Under the pieces are notes generated by a model, which ran no database searches, was not told where the DNA came from, and saw only the letters and a program-made list of their open reading frames with translations. A stretch of 64,000 bases of DNA from an uncultured Planctomycetota bacterium. GTDB taxonomy: Bacteria; Planctomycetota; Planctomycetia; Isosphaerales; Isosphaeraceae. The DNA lies in NCBI GenBank assembly GCA_963823665.1, contig CAWGMQ010000008.1:448001-512000 (forward strand), given 5' to 3'. Positions 21,566-32,328 of this stretch are shown here, one piece after another. Both the position numbers and the translations under genes were made by a program. How positions within the stretch are numbered: position 1 is the stretch's first letter; each line of letters begins with the position of its first letter.

Positions 21566-23008
21566 TTAGGTGGACTCATAGGCGGTGGCCCGCCCTCTCC
21601 CTGTTCGACGCAACTTGTTTTCTCCAAACAGCTTTCGCAGTAATCGACGGGCCTGGTCCTCGTTGATCCGGCACAGCTCCGCCGCCTCTTTCCGGGTGAT
21701 TTTCCCGTGGTTCCTGGCGAATTGCAGGACCATTTGCTCTTGTTGAATGGGGTCGAAACCAGCCTGACGGATGTAATCTCCGGGTTGCCCGAGCCCCTTG
21801 TACACCCTGGGGCTGAGTGTGTAGGTCCGCCCCTTTTTCACGCCGTGGGCCTCGACCAGCCCCGCCTCGACCAACCGCTCCAGAACCTTACGCGCGGCGA
21901 TCTCATCGCGCTGAATCTCGCGTGCGAGCCTACTCGTTTCGATCCTGCGCTCGTGGCGCAACAAGACGAGAGCAATCATCGAATCAATCGGTAGGCTATG
22001 GCCCAGCCGCTTCTCTTCGTCGATCACAATCCGCAGAACGTCGAGGTCCGCGTCGCCACCCGGAAGGACCACAACGACTGACTGCGAGTCGCTCCGACGA
22101 TAGTCCGGAGCCGGCCGCCCGTAACGGAGCAGACCCTGGAAAATCAAATCGATTCCCCGACCGGTTCGCTCGGCCAGCCCGATCCGTTTCACGGCGTCGG
22201 CCAGAAGAGGGTTCCGTGGACGAGGTTCGACGACCCGTGCTCGGAATTGTTCGTCCACGCGCTCGAAGGTTTTCAGCAGAGGCATGCGGTAGAAATCGTT
22301 GACCCGAACCTGGGTCCCCTCCAGCACCTGAAACGCGACTTCGTGGGTCGGCAGATGTTCGCGCAGCGCGGATTCCCGACCGAGCATGAGCAAACCGGCC
22401 ACGGTCGGGACCGCCCGTCCTTGGTCGCGCCGGATCAGTCCAAGAGCACCGTCCAGCTCGTCATCCGCCAGTGAGATGAGCGAACGATCCCCGCCGTAAC
22501 GCTCGACGCACTGCCGAAGGCGCTCCCGCTCGAGCGGATCAAAGTCTTGAGTGGATGCCGATGGGATCGGCAGCGCTGAGTAATCGAGAAGACCGAGATC
22601 GGATTGACGCTGGGCAAATTCGTGGGGATAGAACGGCACGCATTCGGGCAGCCCGTCGGCCCTCAGACGGCGGCGCTGGAGGAGTCCGTCGGAAGTTGCC
22701 ACCAGTTGCCGCGACTTCGGAACCGAGATCCTGGCAATCCGATGCGGCTCGACATCGATCGCCTCGACGCGGGCGGTCAGGGGTGGGCTGGTCAGATTGG
22801 CGATGAGAGCGGTCAAGCCCGTCAGAATCTGATAAGCAGGATGAAGCCCGGTGACCCTGCCATCATCCTCGACTCCCAGGTAGATCTCGCCACCCTCTGT
22901 ATTCGCCAGGCAGATGACCGCCGCGATCAAATCGCGGTCGGCCAGCCGAGCGCGGTCGCTCTTGAACTCGACGGTCAAACTCTCGCGCTCGGGGATGTCG
23001 CGAGTCAT
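21566..23008 (-). CDS. AlbA_2/Schlafen + HATPase_c_4 + wHTH protein (RecG-like regulator of defence islands), apparently internally shortened
   Basis: ESLTVEFKSD, LANTEGGEIYLGVEDDG, PRNPLLADA..RIGLAERTGRG, two C-terminal wHTH segments. Confidence 0.8.
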   Translation of the reverse strand: MTRDIPERESLTVEFKSDRARLADRDLIAAVICLANTEGGEIYLGVEDDGRVTGLHPAYQILTGLTALIANLTSPPLTARVEAIDVEPHRIARISVPKSRQLVATSDGLLQRRRLRADGLPECVPFYPHEFAQRQSDLGLLDYSALPIPSASTQDFDPLERERLRQCVERYGGDRSLISLADDELDGALGLIRRDQGRAVPTVAGLLMLGRESALREHLPTHEVAFQVLEGTQVRVNDFYRMPLLKTFERVDEQFRARVVEPRPRNPLLADAVKRIGLAERTGRGIDLIFQGLLRYGRPAPDYRRSDSQSVVVVLPGGDADLDVLRIVIDEEKRLGHSLPIDSMIALVLLRHERRIETSRLAREIQRDEIAARKVLERLVEAGLVEAHGVKKGRTYTLSPRVYKGLGQPGDYIRQAGFDPIQQEQMVLQFARNHGKITRKEAAELCRINEDQARRLLRKLFGENKLRRTGRGRATAYEST

Positions 23009-23190
23009 TTGACGATCCCCTTCTTGCGCAGCAATTTACCCATCGACGACCACTCGTACTTGCCTTCTAGCAATTCTTCCCAGTAGTTTTTGGTTTCTTT
23101 CCACGGCACGAACTCGTGGAGCGGCGTAATGTTCAGGACGACGCCATCGTTCAGGTCGGGGTCGTACACCACCTCGGGGACGTGCTTTGT
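23005..23190 (-). pseudogene. C-terminal remnant of a BREX PglX-like methyltransferase
   Basis: YDPDLNDGVVLNITPLHEFVPWKETKNYWEELLEGKYEWSSMGK; stop overlaps the next ATG (ATGA). Confidence 0.6.
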
Positions 23191-23814
23191 CACCGTGATA
23201 GACCTGCATCTCAGCATAGACTTTCCGATGAGAGCATGCGTTCCTCCGAACTGACTTTCGCGGGCGCTTCGCCCGGCGCGGACGTCATTGTATCTTCCCG
23301 GGTCGACGCCTGGCATCAGGGAAGTTGTCCGGGGGGAAATGCGGACTGATCCAGATGGCTTCAGCCACCCTGCGGCCTAGCACGGGAGAGGGCGAGGGCA
23401 AGAGAGGAAGGACAGGCGTCGCGTTTCTGGCTTGGAGGCGGTTGGTTTGGTCAATGAGGGTGAGGTTGCATACAGGCGGGTAGTGGGTGATCGGTGGCGG
23501 GTGATGCGTGGCGGGTCGGCTGAGGGATGCCGGTGGCTTGGTGGATTTGACGTCGCGGACGAGGCGGCCGGTGTGTTCGGCCACGCGCAGATTGCTACAG
23601 GGCGAAGACACTTCGAGCTTTCCTTCACGAGATGAATCGGGCTTGGGTTGGTCTTCGACCGGGTGAGACCGGATTGATTCGCGATGCTGCCGTGCTTGGC
23701 CAGATTCTGGGTCGAATTGAAATCAGGGGCTGGGCCGCCTGGATTGGTGTTAGGAACGAGGCGAATCGGCGTTGCCGTGCGCCTTGGGACTGGATAATTC
23801 GCTACGTCCCCTTT

Positions 23815-24485
23815 AGGCGGCTCGCGCGGTGTGGAATCGCTGTCCCTCACACTATCAGGTCGTTTCGCGGTGACGCGCTGATGAGGCACGGTTTCCTCAG
23901 CGTGGTTCCAACTCCCCGTCCACAACGCGGTACCCCCTTCGCTCCACGGGGTCCGGAGGGCCGTCCTGCGCTTCAACACTACTACGGGGCACTGCGACTC
24001 CTTGCCGTCCGTTTCGCCGCACTTTGTATCTTCCTTCGCTTGGCGATTCCATAGTTCGTCCCCTGTTCGTCCCGACCAGCTCGGGGCCAAGCTGTGGATC
24101 AACCTGGAGTTGGTAAGCTGGTGCTCCAGCCGGCCGTCACGATGGAGACGACAAGGTCTCCCAAGTTCCTGGGGAACCCGGCATTCGCCATGTTCTCCGA
24201 CCCCGGTCTGACCAGGCACGCTAGTGGGTCCAGGTGTCGCTAATGCCCGGCACGGCTCCCGCGTCAGACGAGGACGAGGGCTCAGGACAAAGAAGGATAT
24301 TTCGGGGCTCAATCGCACAGCGTTTGATCTCGCTGTCTACGCTTCGCAGTGAGAGTCGCCTCTCCCCACGCAAGACTGACTTCCGGCTGCTGGCCCGGCT
24401 CTGCTGGGCGGGATTGGGTACCGCAGGGTTCCAGTAAAAGGTTTCACATCGGAATGATCCTCCTTTTCCGAGCTTCTTGGCGCAA
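23815..24485 (-). ncRNA. ORF-less group II intron, truncated in domain V
   Basis: 5' end TTGCG; domain I AGTCTTGCGTGG...CTGCGAAGCGTAGACAG...TTGAGCCCCGAAAT; CAGGAACTTGGGAGACC; AGGAGTCGCAGTGCCCCGTAGTAG..GAAGC..GACCCCGTGGAGCGAAGGGG (DII/DIII); GAGCCG then divergence; no RT ORF. Confidence 0.8.
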
Positions 24486-24660
24486 TGTCTGGAATCCCTG
24501 GAATCGACTACGTCCCCTTTTCGGACCCGCGATCGAGTGGCAGTTGCAATGGTGGACTGGACCAATTACGCTTATATAAAGCGTTCTGGACGTCGTTCGA
24601 TCGAAGAAGCGGCGCGTCGCTGCGGACGCCGGCGCACGGTTCCTCGAAGGAGCTCCTCCG

Positions 24661-27600
24661 CTGAGGCTCGTCAAGAACAGCGGCAATGATCGGGTCATTG
24701 ACGAATTGCGGCGGTGCCTCCCTGCGCATTCGACCTTCGACGTTGCGTCGACGGCGCTCTCGCTCTTCGCATTCGGCGAGCTTCGGGAACTACTGGCGAA
24801 CGTTGCGAGATGCCGAGTGGTGTTGCCGGATTCGCAAGGGGGTGATCTTGCGCTTCTGGGCGGTCCGACCGATCGCCCGTTCCGGGATCGACTCGCGGCG
24901 CGATGGTTGGCGAAACAATGCGCCGACTGGCTCAATAAAAAGGCCGACGTCCGCTGCGTCGCGGGCATCATCCCGCAGGCCACACTCATCGCCGGAAACC
25001 GCGAAGGCTCGCCCGAGCGGGTTATCACCGGAAACTGCGCGTTCACCACGGATGGGCTGGGAATCACTCCGGGCAACCAGTTCGGACTCATTCAGTGTTC
25101 AGAGAACGCCGAGGAATGCGCTCTGCTTGGCTCGTGGTTCACCGAACTCTGGAATAGCCTCCCGGCCTCGGCGGACGGGAAAGACTCGCTCATCGCTCGG
25201 CTGCGGGATCTGATCGAACACAAGGCGCCCTCGCTGATCTACTTCTTGATTCTGTTCCACCTGTTCAAGGATCTGGGCCAGGAGCTGGACGAAGATCGCA
25301 TCGTCAAATCGGCGACCGGCATTCGCAACACGAACGTGTGGAAGAAGCTGTTCAAGTTTCAGCGCGACGGCGTGATCGGTGCGATCGACAAGCTCGAGCG
25401 TTACGGCGGCTGCATCATCGCCGATAGCGTGGGGCTGGGAAAAACGTTCGAGGCGCTGGCGATCATCAAGTATCACGAGCTGCGCAACGACCGCGTTCTC
25501 GTGCTCTGCCCGAAACGGCTGCGCGACAACTGGACGCTTTACAAATCCAACGACCGGCGCAACGTTCTCGCGGCCGACCGTCTGAACTACGATGCGCTCA
25601 ACCACACCGATCTCTCCCGCGACGCCGGCGCGTCGGGCGACATCGACCTGTCGCACGTCAACTGGGGCAACTACGACCTGGTGGTCATCGACGAATCGCA
25701 CAATTTCCGCAACAAGAAGACCCCTCGCAAGGACGGCGAAACTCGCTACGACCGCCTGATGCGGCGGATCATCAAGGAAGGTGTGAAGACTCGCGTGCTC
25801 ATGCTCTCGGCCACGCCGGTGAACAACCGTCTCGCTGACCTCAAGAATCAAATCGCTTTCATTACGGAAGGCGATGATGCGAGGCTCGCGGAGCAGGGAA
25901 TCGCAAGCGTCGAGACCACCGTGCGAAAAGCCCAGGTCCAGTTCACGCGCTGGCTGGCGATCGAGGAGGAGCAGGATCGCAAGCCCGCCCGGCTGATTGA
26001 CATGCTCGGGTTCGACTACTTCAAGCTGCTCGACCTTCTCACCATCGCGCGGTTCCGCAAGCACGTCGAGAAATACTACGGCACCAAGGAAACCGGGCGA
26101 TTTCCCGAACGGCTGAAGCCGATCAACATCAAACCCGACGTCGACTCGGCTGGAGAGTTTCGATCGATTCGGGAGATCAACAACGAGATCCGCCGGCTCA
26201 ACCTGAGCGCCTACGCGCCGCTGCGATACGTGCTGCCGCACAAGCAAGGCGCTTACGACAAGAAGTACAGCACCAAGCTCAGCCAGGGGGAGGGGTTCTT
26301 CCGGCAGGCGGACCGAGAGGAAAGCCTGGTTCACCTTCTGAGGGTGAACATCCTCAAGCGGATGGAGAGCGCGGTACCTTCATTTTCGCTCACACTCAAG
26401 AGGCAGCTCGCCGACGTCGAGGCGACGCTGTCGAGCATTGACTCGCACGAGGCCTCCGTCGAAGAAATCGACATCGAGGATATCGATGTGGACGACCCGG
26501 CGTTCGAGCCGCTGCTCGCTGGCCGCAAGGTCAAGGTGCTGCTTCAGGACGTCGACCTCGTGCGGTGGCGGCAGGAACTGGTCGAGGACCGCGATCGGCT
26601 GGCGACGCTCCACGCGGCGGCCAACCAGGTGGGAGCGGCGCGAGACGCCAAGCTCAGCGCCCTTCGGGAGATCATTGAGAGCAAGGCTCGTGCGCCGATC
26701 AACCCAAGGAACCGCAAGGTCATCGTCTTCACGGCGTTCGCCGACACGGCTCACTACCTCTACGAGCAGCTCGCGCCGTGGCGCTCGAGCGGCTTGGAAT
26801 TCACGCGGCACTCGTCACGGGGGCGGGGCGGAACCAGACGAACCTGCCCGGGCTTCGTCGTGATCTCGCGAACATCCTGACGGCGTTTTCGCCGCGTTCG
26901 AAGGAGCGCCCGGTGGACCTTGTCGATGAGGGAGAGCTTGACCTCTTAATTGCCACGGATTGCATCTCGGAAGGTCAGAACTTGCAGGACTGCGACTTCC
27001 TCGTAAATTACGACATTCACTGGAACCCGGTGCGCATCATCCAGCGGTTCGGGCGGATTGACCGCATCGGCTCGCCCAACGAGCGGATCCAGCTCGTCAA
27101 TTTCTGGCCGAACATCGAGCTGGAGGAGTACATCAACCTCGAACAGCGTGTGAGCGGGAAGATGGTACTTCTCGACATCTCGGCCACTGGCGAGGAGAAC
27201 CTGATCGAGCAACATTCGGGCAATCAGATGAATGACCTGGAGTATCGGCGGAAGCAGCTACTCAAGCTCCAGGATGCCGTGATCGATCTCGAAGATCTTT
27301 CGAGCGGGGTTTCGATTGCCGACCTGACTCTTAACGATTTTCGCATCGACCTCGGGGGCTTTCTTCGGGAGCATGCCGGCCGGCTAGATAAGTTGCCTCT
27401 GGGCACATTCGCCGTCACGGCTTCCCAGGGCTCGGGCGAGGGCGCGATCGCTCCGGGCGCGATCTTCTGCCTGCGAGCGGAGGGTGAGGCGGCGGTCGGT
27501 ACTGTCGAACCGGGTTACCCGCTCGCGCCGCATTATCTGGTGCACGTGGGAGATGAGGGCAGCGTTCTGCTCTCTTTCACACAGGCCAAACAAGTACTCG

Positions 27601-27875
27601 ACCGGCTAAAGAGGATCTGCGTCGGCCGCGACGCGCCGGACGCCGTTGCGTGCGCGCGGTTCGACCAGTCGACGCGGGACGGAGAGAGTATGGCCTCCAT
27701 TCAGAGGCTGCTCAGCAGTGGCGTGGCCTCGATCGCCGGCAGAAAAGAAGAGCGTGCCGTCGCCAGCCTGTTCTCGCCGGGCGGCACGTACGCAAAGAAA
27801 GGGGAGTTTGCGGGGATCAATGACTTCGAGGTCGTGGCTTTTCTGGTCGTTCTGCCGGAGGCCGCCCCAGCATGA
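24661..27875 (+). CDS. SNF2-like SF2 helicase with degenerate PLD-like N-terminal domain (1-nt frameshift near 26780)
   Basis: [49 protein letters not shown]. Frame extends upstream to CTG 24661 behind AAGGAG. Confidence 0.88.
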
Positions 27876-28642
27876 GCACGGCCGCCGTGATCGCCGCGCT
27901 GGGGCTACCGAGCGAGGCTCGCCTCGATCGCCGCGTGCCAAAGAAATTGCTCGTTGAACAAGGTGCGCCGACTGCCGCCGACCGGAAGCAGATTCAGGAC
28001 GGGATCGAGGAGCTGATGTGGCTCGCGGCACTCAAACCTGCGACGATCGGCGTGCCGGAATTCCGGGACGACGAGCGAGAGTATCTGGAAATCGCGGTGA
28101 TTGCCGCCGAGTTGCGACCGAAGGCGAAGGTGGCGCGGCTTGCGGAGTTGATCCACCGCGCGATTCCTTATCCGGTGTCGCTTGTCACCGCGCACGCCGG
28201 AATGCAGCACTTTTCGCTGGCTCACAAACGATTCTCGCAGAACGAAGTGGGATCGATGGTGCTTGACTGGGGCGTGATCGCGTCGCCAACTTTTCACGCG
28301 GGTGCAGAGAACGAGGCGGATGAAATCGCGGGGAGTTTCCTCGAGAGTCTTTCCTTGGCGGCCCAGAGCAGGGTACACTTGTGCGCTCTTTACCAAAGTT
28401 GGGTTGATCGCGTGTGGGCATTCCAGGCGGCGCGGATCACGGGGCGTTTTCGCATCGCCGCGACCGCGGAAGCCGCCGCGGCGCGCCGAGCTGCTCTGAC
28501 GGACCACGAGCGGATCCGTAAGGAGATCACGAACCTCCGGACGCGAGCGGAGGATGAGACGCAGATCAAACGTCGCGTCGAACTGAACTTGGAGATCCGC
28601 CGCCTCGACGGCGAGCTTGCCACTGCGAAGGCCAGGATTTGA
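27872..28642 (+). CDS. DUF4391-family protein
   Basis: RRVPKKLL...[16 protein letters not shown]...EYLEIAVI...LIHRAIPYP...HKR...[15 protein letters not shown] coupling to the helicase. Confidence 0.8.
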   Translation: MSTAAVIAALGLPSEARLDRRVPKKLLVEQGAPTAADRKQIQDGIEELMWLAALKPATIGVPEFRDDEREYLEIAVIAAELRPKAKVARLAELIHRAIPYPVSLVTAHAGMQHFSLAHKRFSQNEVGSMVLDWGVIASPTFHAGAENEADEIAGSFLESLSLAAQSRVHLCALYQSWVDRVWAFQAARITGRFRIAATAEAAAARRAALTDHERIRKEITNLRTRAEDETQIKRRVELNLEIRRLDGELATAKARI

Positions 28643-28803
28643 ACCACGGAAGGCGCGGGACGACACGGAAGCATGACGACTTCAATACCGAATTCAGATT
28701 ACCGTGGCTTGAGATTCCATCGCTCGGCGACAGTCACTATTCGAGGAACTTGGTTTTAGCGTGTCTCTCTTACTTTTCCGTGTGGTTCCGTGTATTCCGT
28801 GGT
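28643..28803. repeat. 28-bp imperfect inverted repeat built of CACGGAA units
   Basis: ACCACGGAAGGCGCGGGACGACACGGAA (28643-28670) vs TTCCGTGTGGTTCCGTGTATTCCGTGGT (28776-28803), 23/28 complementary. Confidence 0.7.
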
Positions 28804-28810
28804 CAATCAC

Positions 28811-30708
28811 ATGAAGAAAATTACCATCAACGATCCGGAGTCGAAGAGCGCCGACCTGATCGCGTCGAACCTGGAGCAGCTCAGGGAGCTTTTTCCCGAG
28901 GCGTTGACCGAAGGGAGGATCGATTTCGAGGTCCTTAAGGGGTTACTCGGCGGAGCGGTTGACGAGCGAAAGGAGAAATACGGCTTGAACTGGCACGGCA
29001 AGCGCCAGGCGCGGCAGATCGCATTGACGCCTTCCACGGGCACACTACGTCCCTGCCGGGAAGAGAGCGTCGATTGGAACACGACTCAAAACGTCATGAT
29101 TGAGGGTGACAATCTCGAGGTGCTGAAGCTCTTGCAGAAAAGCTATGCAGGAAAGGTCAAGCTGATCTACATCGACCCGCCCTATAACACCGGGAACGAG
29201 TTCGTTTATGCCGATGATTTCCAAGACAATATCGGAAGGTACCTCGAGGTAACCGGTCAAGTCGACGGAGAAGGTCGCAAGCTGACGACGAACACAGACG
29301 CGTCGGGCAGGTTTCACACCGACTGGCTGAACATGATGTATCCAAGGCTCAGGCTGCGCGCAACGTGCTTCGCGATGACGGGTTGATCTTTGTAAGTATC
29401 GACGACCATGAGACACATAATTTAAGAGCGATCATGAATGAGATTTTCGGCGAGGAGAACTTCATTTGCAACGCCGTGTGGCAAAAAGCTTACACCGCAA
29501 ACATGACAGCGGAATTTATCTCTGATACGCACGATCATATTCTGATTTATGCTAAAGATTCGAATTCTGCCGAACTTGGTCGCTTTGACCGAACAGATGA
29601 ACAGAAAGCCAAGTTCAAGAACCCCGACAATGATCCCCGAGGACCATGGAAAGCGGAGAACCTCTCTGCGGGCAAATTCTACTCGGCTGGCCAGTTCGTA
29701 ATTAGCGGTCCCACCGGCGAGCAATTCCTCCCGCCTCCCGGCCGATATTGGAGGTGTAATGAGGATCAGTATAGGAATTGGCTATCCGATAGGCGAATCA
29801 CGTTCGGCAAAGATGGAGATGGCCGTCCGATGCTTAAGAAGTTTCTTTCCGAGGCGGTCGAAGGCTTAACCCCAAGTAGCTGGTGGCGACATGAAGACTT
29901 TGGAAGCAACAAGGAGGCGAGCATCGAGCTAAAGGCGCTCTTCGACGGCGCGGCGGTCTTTCAAACGCCCAAGCCTGTTAAGTTGCTCCGCCGCATCATT
30001 GAACTCGCAACGGAGGGGGACGACTTGATATTTTACTTTTTCGCCGGAAGCGGAACTTCGGCGCACGCGACGATTGAATCGAATGAGCAGGATTGTGAAA
30101 GCCGTCGTTTCCTGTTGGTCCAGCTGCCTGAGCAATTGGACCCTGACGAAAAAAGCCAGAAGACATCGGCAGATTTCTGCGGCGAGATCGGCAAGGTACC
30201 CAATATCGTAGAGCTTACGAAAGAACGGCTCCGTCGTGCTGGAAAGAAACTCAAAGATGAAAAGCCGTTGTTTCCCGGCGACCTCGGCTTTCGCGTCTTC
30301 AAGCTCGACTCAAGCAACATTGTTGCGTGGGACCCAGACCGCGAGAACCTCTCTCAAACGCTCCTCGCGTCCACTGAGCACGTGAAGCCCGATCGCAGCG
30401 AGCAGGATGTGCTCTTCGAGCTGCTGCTCAAGCTCGGCCTCGAGTTGACCGTTCCGATCGAGGAGAAGACGATCGCGGGGAAGGCCGTCCGCAGCGTCGG
30501 TGCCGGCAGCTTGATCGTCTGCCTGGCGCCGAAGATCGGCCGCGACGAGGTTGAGCCGCTCGCTCACGGGATCGTCGCCTGGCACAAGGAGCTGGCGCCG
30601 GCCGGCGAGACTCAAGGTTGTCTTTCGCGACAGTGCCTTCGCGGACGACGTGGCCAAGGCGAACCTCACAGCGAGCAGCATGGGCTGACGAACGTGAGGA
30701 GCCTGTAG
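28811..30708 (+). CDS. mod: Type III restriction-modification methyltransferase Mod (frameshifts near 29356 and 30615-30670)
   Basis: IEGDNLEVLKLL, YIDPPYNTG (motif IV), WLNMMYPRL, TPKPVKLL, FFAGSGT (motif I), DLGFRVFKLD. Confidence 0.9.
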
Positions 30709-30730
30709 AGGGATTCTGGGGTCAACCGCC

Positions 30731-30995
30731 ATGTCGTCTCCCGAACTGCCACCTGAGGGCGAAGTCCTGCTCTATCAGACAGAGGACGGTCGGACGCGCA
30801 TCGAGTGTCGTTTCGAGATGGATACTCTCTGGCTCACCCAGGCGCTGATGGCAGAGCTTTTCCAAACCACCCCACAGAACATAACGCTTCATATCAAGGC
30901 AATTTACGACGAGCAGGGGGCCGATGAGGCGGCAACTTGTAAGGAATTCTTACAAGTTCGGCTGGAAGGCGCGCGCGAGGTTCGGCGAGTCTTTA
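30731..30995 (+). pseudogene. N-terminal fragment of RhuM-family protein
   Basis: GEVLLYQTEDGRTRIECRF..DTLWLTQALMAELFQTTPQNIT.HIK.IY...ATCKEFLQVR.EG.REV.R; homology ends afterwards. Confidence 0.75.
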
Positions 30996-31116
30996 AATTC
31001 TTCCAGTGCGGGCCTCGCTGCGGGGTAACCAACGTCGCGGCGGCGAAACAGCGCCGATCGTCCGTTCCCGGCGAAGGTGCGGAGCCTTCATGCACGGCGG
31101 TGCGCGAGGTACAACC

Positions 31117-32328
31117 TTGAAGAAACTGAAGAAATCGAGGCTTGTCGGAGACTTGGTACCTGCGGGCGCCACCGACGTCGACCGTTTGTTCGACGAGGTG
31201 GCGGGCATTCTGGAGGAAGCCCGGCGGCGGACCGTTCGGACCGTGAACAGGAACATGGTCTCGGCATACTGGCTGATCGGTTGGCGAATCGTGGAAGCTG
31301 AGCAGAGCGGCAAGGCCCGGGCTGGCTACGGCGAACGGCTGATAGAAACTTTATCCGCCCGATTGACGGAGCGCTATGGGAGGGGCCATTCCGTGGCGAA
31401 TTTGAGGAATTTCCGCGAGTTTTACCTCACCTATCCGGAGCGACTTCGAGAGATTCGCTACCCGGTGGGTAGTGAATTGGCCCATGAAGCTCGGCCGGAT
31501 GGAAAACACTACCCAGCGGGTAGCGAATCTGAGATCGGCTTTAACCCGAACCTTAGCTGGTCTCATTATCGAGCGCTCATGCGAGTGAAAAAACCGGAGG
31601 CACGCGACTTCTATGAACAGGAGGCCGCGGCGACCGGCTGGGGCAAGCGCCAGCTTGAGCGGCAGATCGGCTCGCTCTACTACGAGCGGCTGCTCATGAG
31701 CCGGGAGCGCAGGGCGATGCTGGCGAAGGATCGCAAGACGACCCCGGTCGCGCACCCACTCGAGGTGATCAAGGACCCGTACGTTCTGGAGTTTCTCGGA
31801 CTGCCGGAAAACCATCAACTGAATGAGACCGAGCTCGAGGAACGACTGATCACCCACATCCAGGCGTTCCTGCTGGAGCTCGGCCAGGGCTTTGCATTCA
31901 TCCGGCGGCAACACCGACTGACGCTGGACGGAGACCATTTCTACGCGGATCTTGTGTTCTATCACGTCCGATTGAAATGCTTCATCATCGTTGATCTCAA
32001 AACCAGAAAGCTGACCCACGCCGACCTGGGCCAGATGAAGCTCTATGTGAACTTCTATGACCGGGAAGTGGCTGGCGATGGCGACAATCCCACGCTGGGA
32101 CTGATCCTCTGCACGGACAAGAACGACGCAGTTGTGCGTTACGTTCTCGATAAAGACCAGGAAACGATCTTCGCGAGTCGCTACCAGATGGCTCTGCCGA
32201 GCGAGGCCGAGCTGGCCGCCGAGATGCGCCGAGAGATGGCGACGCTGGCCTTGGACGCGCCCCCGCCGGTGCTCGCTGGGAATCGAAAAACGCGTCGCTC
32301 CAAAATCGCCCGGAAGAAGACGCAATGA
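31117..32328 (+). CDS. YhcG/DUF1016 PD-(D/E)XK nuclease
   Basis: YWLIGWRIVE.EQ.G..RA.YG, LSWSHY, KDPYVLEFL, FLLELGQGFAF, DLVFYH...VDLK, DLGQMKLY, ASRY. Confidence 0.9.
   Translation: MKKLKKSRLVGDLVPAGATDVDRLFDEVAGILEEARRRTVRTVNRNMVSAYWLIGWRIVEAEQSGKARAGYGERLIETLSARLTERYGRGHSVANLRNFREFYLTYPERLREIRYPVGSELAHEARPDGKHYPAGSESEIGFNPNLSWSHYRALMRVKKPEARDFYEQEAAATGWGKRQLERQIGSLYYERLLMSRERRAMLAKDRKTTPVAHPLEVIKDPYVLEFLGLPENHQLNETELEERLITHIQAFLLELGQGFAFIRRQHRLTLDGDHFYADLVFYHVRLKCFIIVDLKTRKLTHADLGQMKLYVNFYDREVAGDGDNPTLGLILCTDKNDAVVRYVLDKDQETIFASRYQMALPSEAELAAEMRREMATLALDAPPPVLAGNRKTRRSKIARKKTQ

Noticed and set aside
23377..24318. 313-aa ORF over the group II intron
   Set aside because: No RT (YADD) or maturase motifs; overlaps structured RNA.
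28811..29400. Phase-variable mod (phasevarion)
   Set aside because: No simple-sequence repeat tract at the frameshift or 5' end; only one G is missing.
24661..30708. DISARM
   Set aside because: No DUF1998 (DrmB) or DrmA gene, and the methylase and nuclease are type III Mod/Res.
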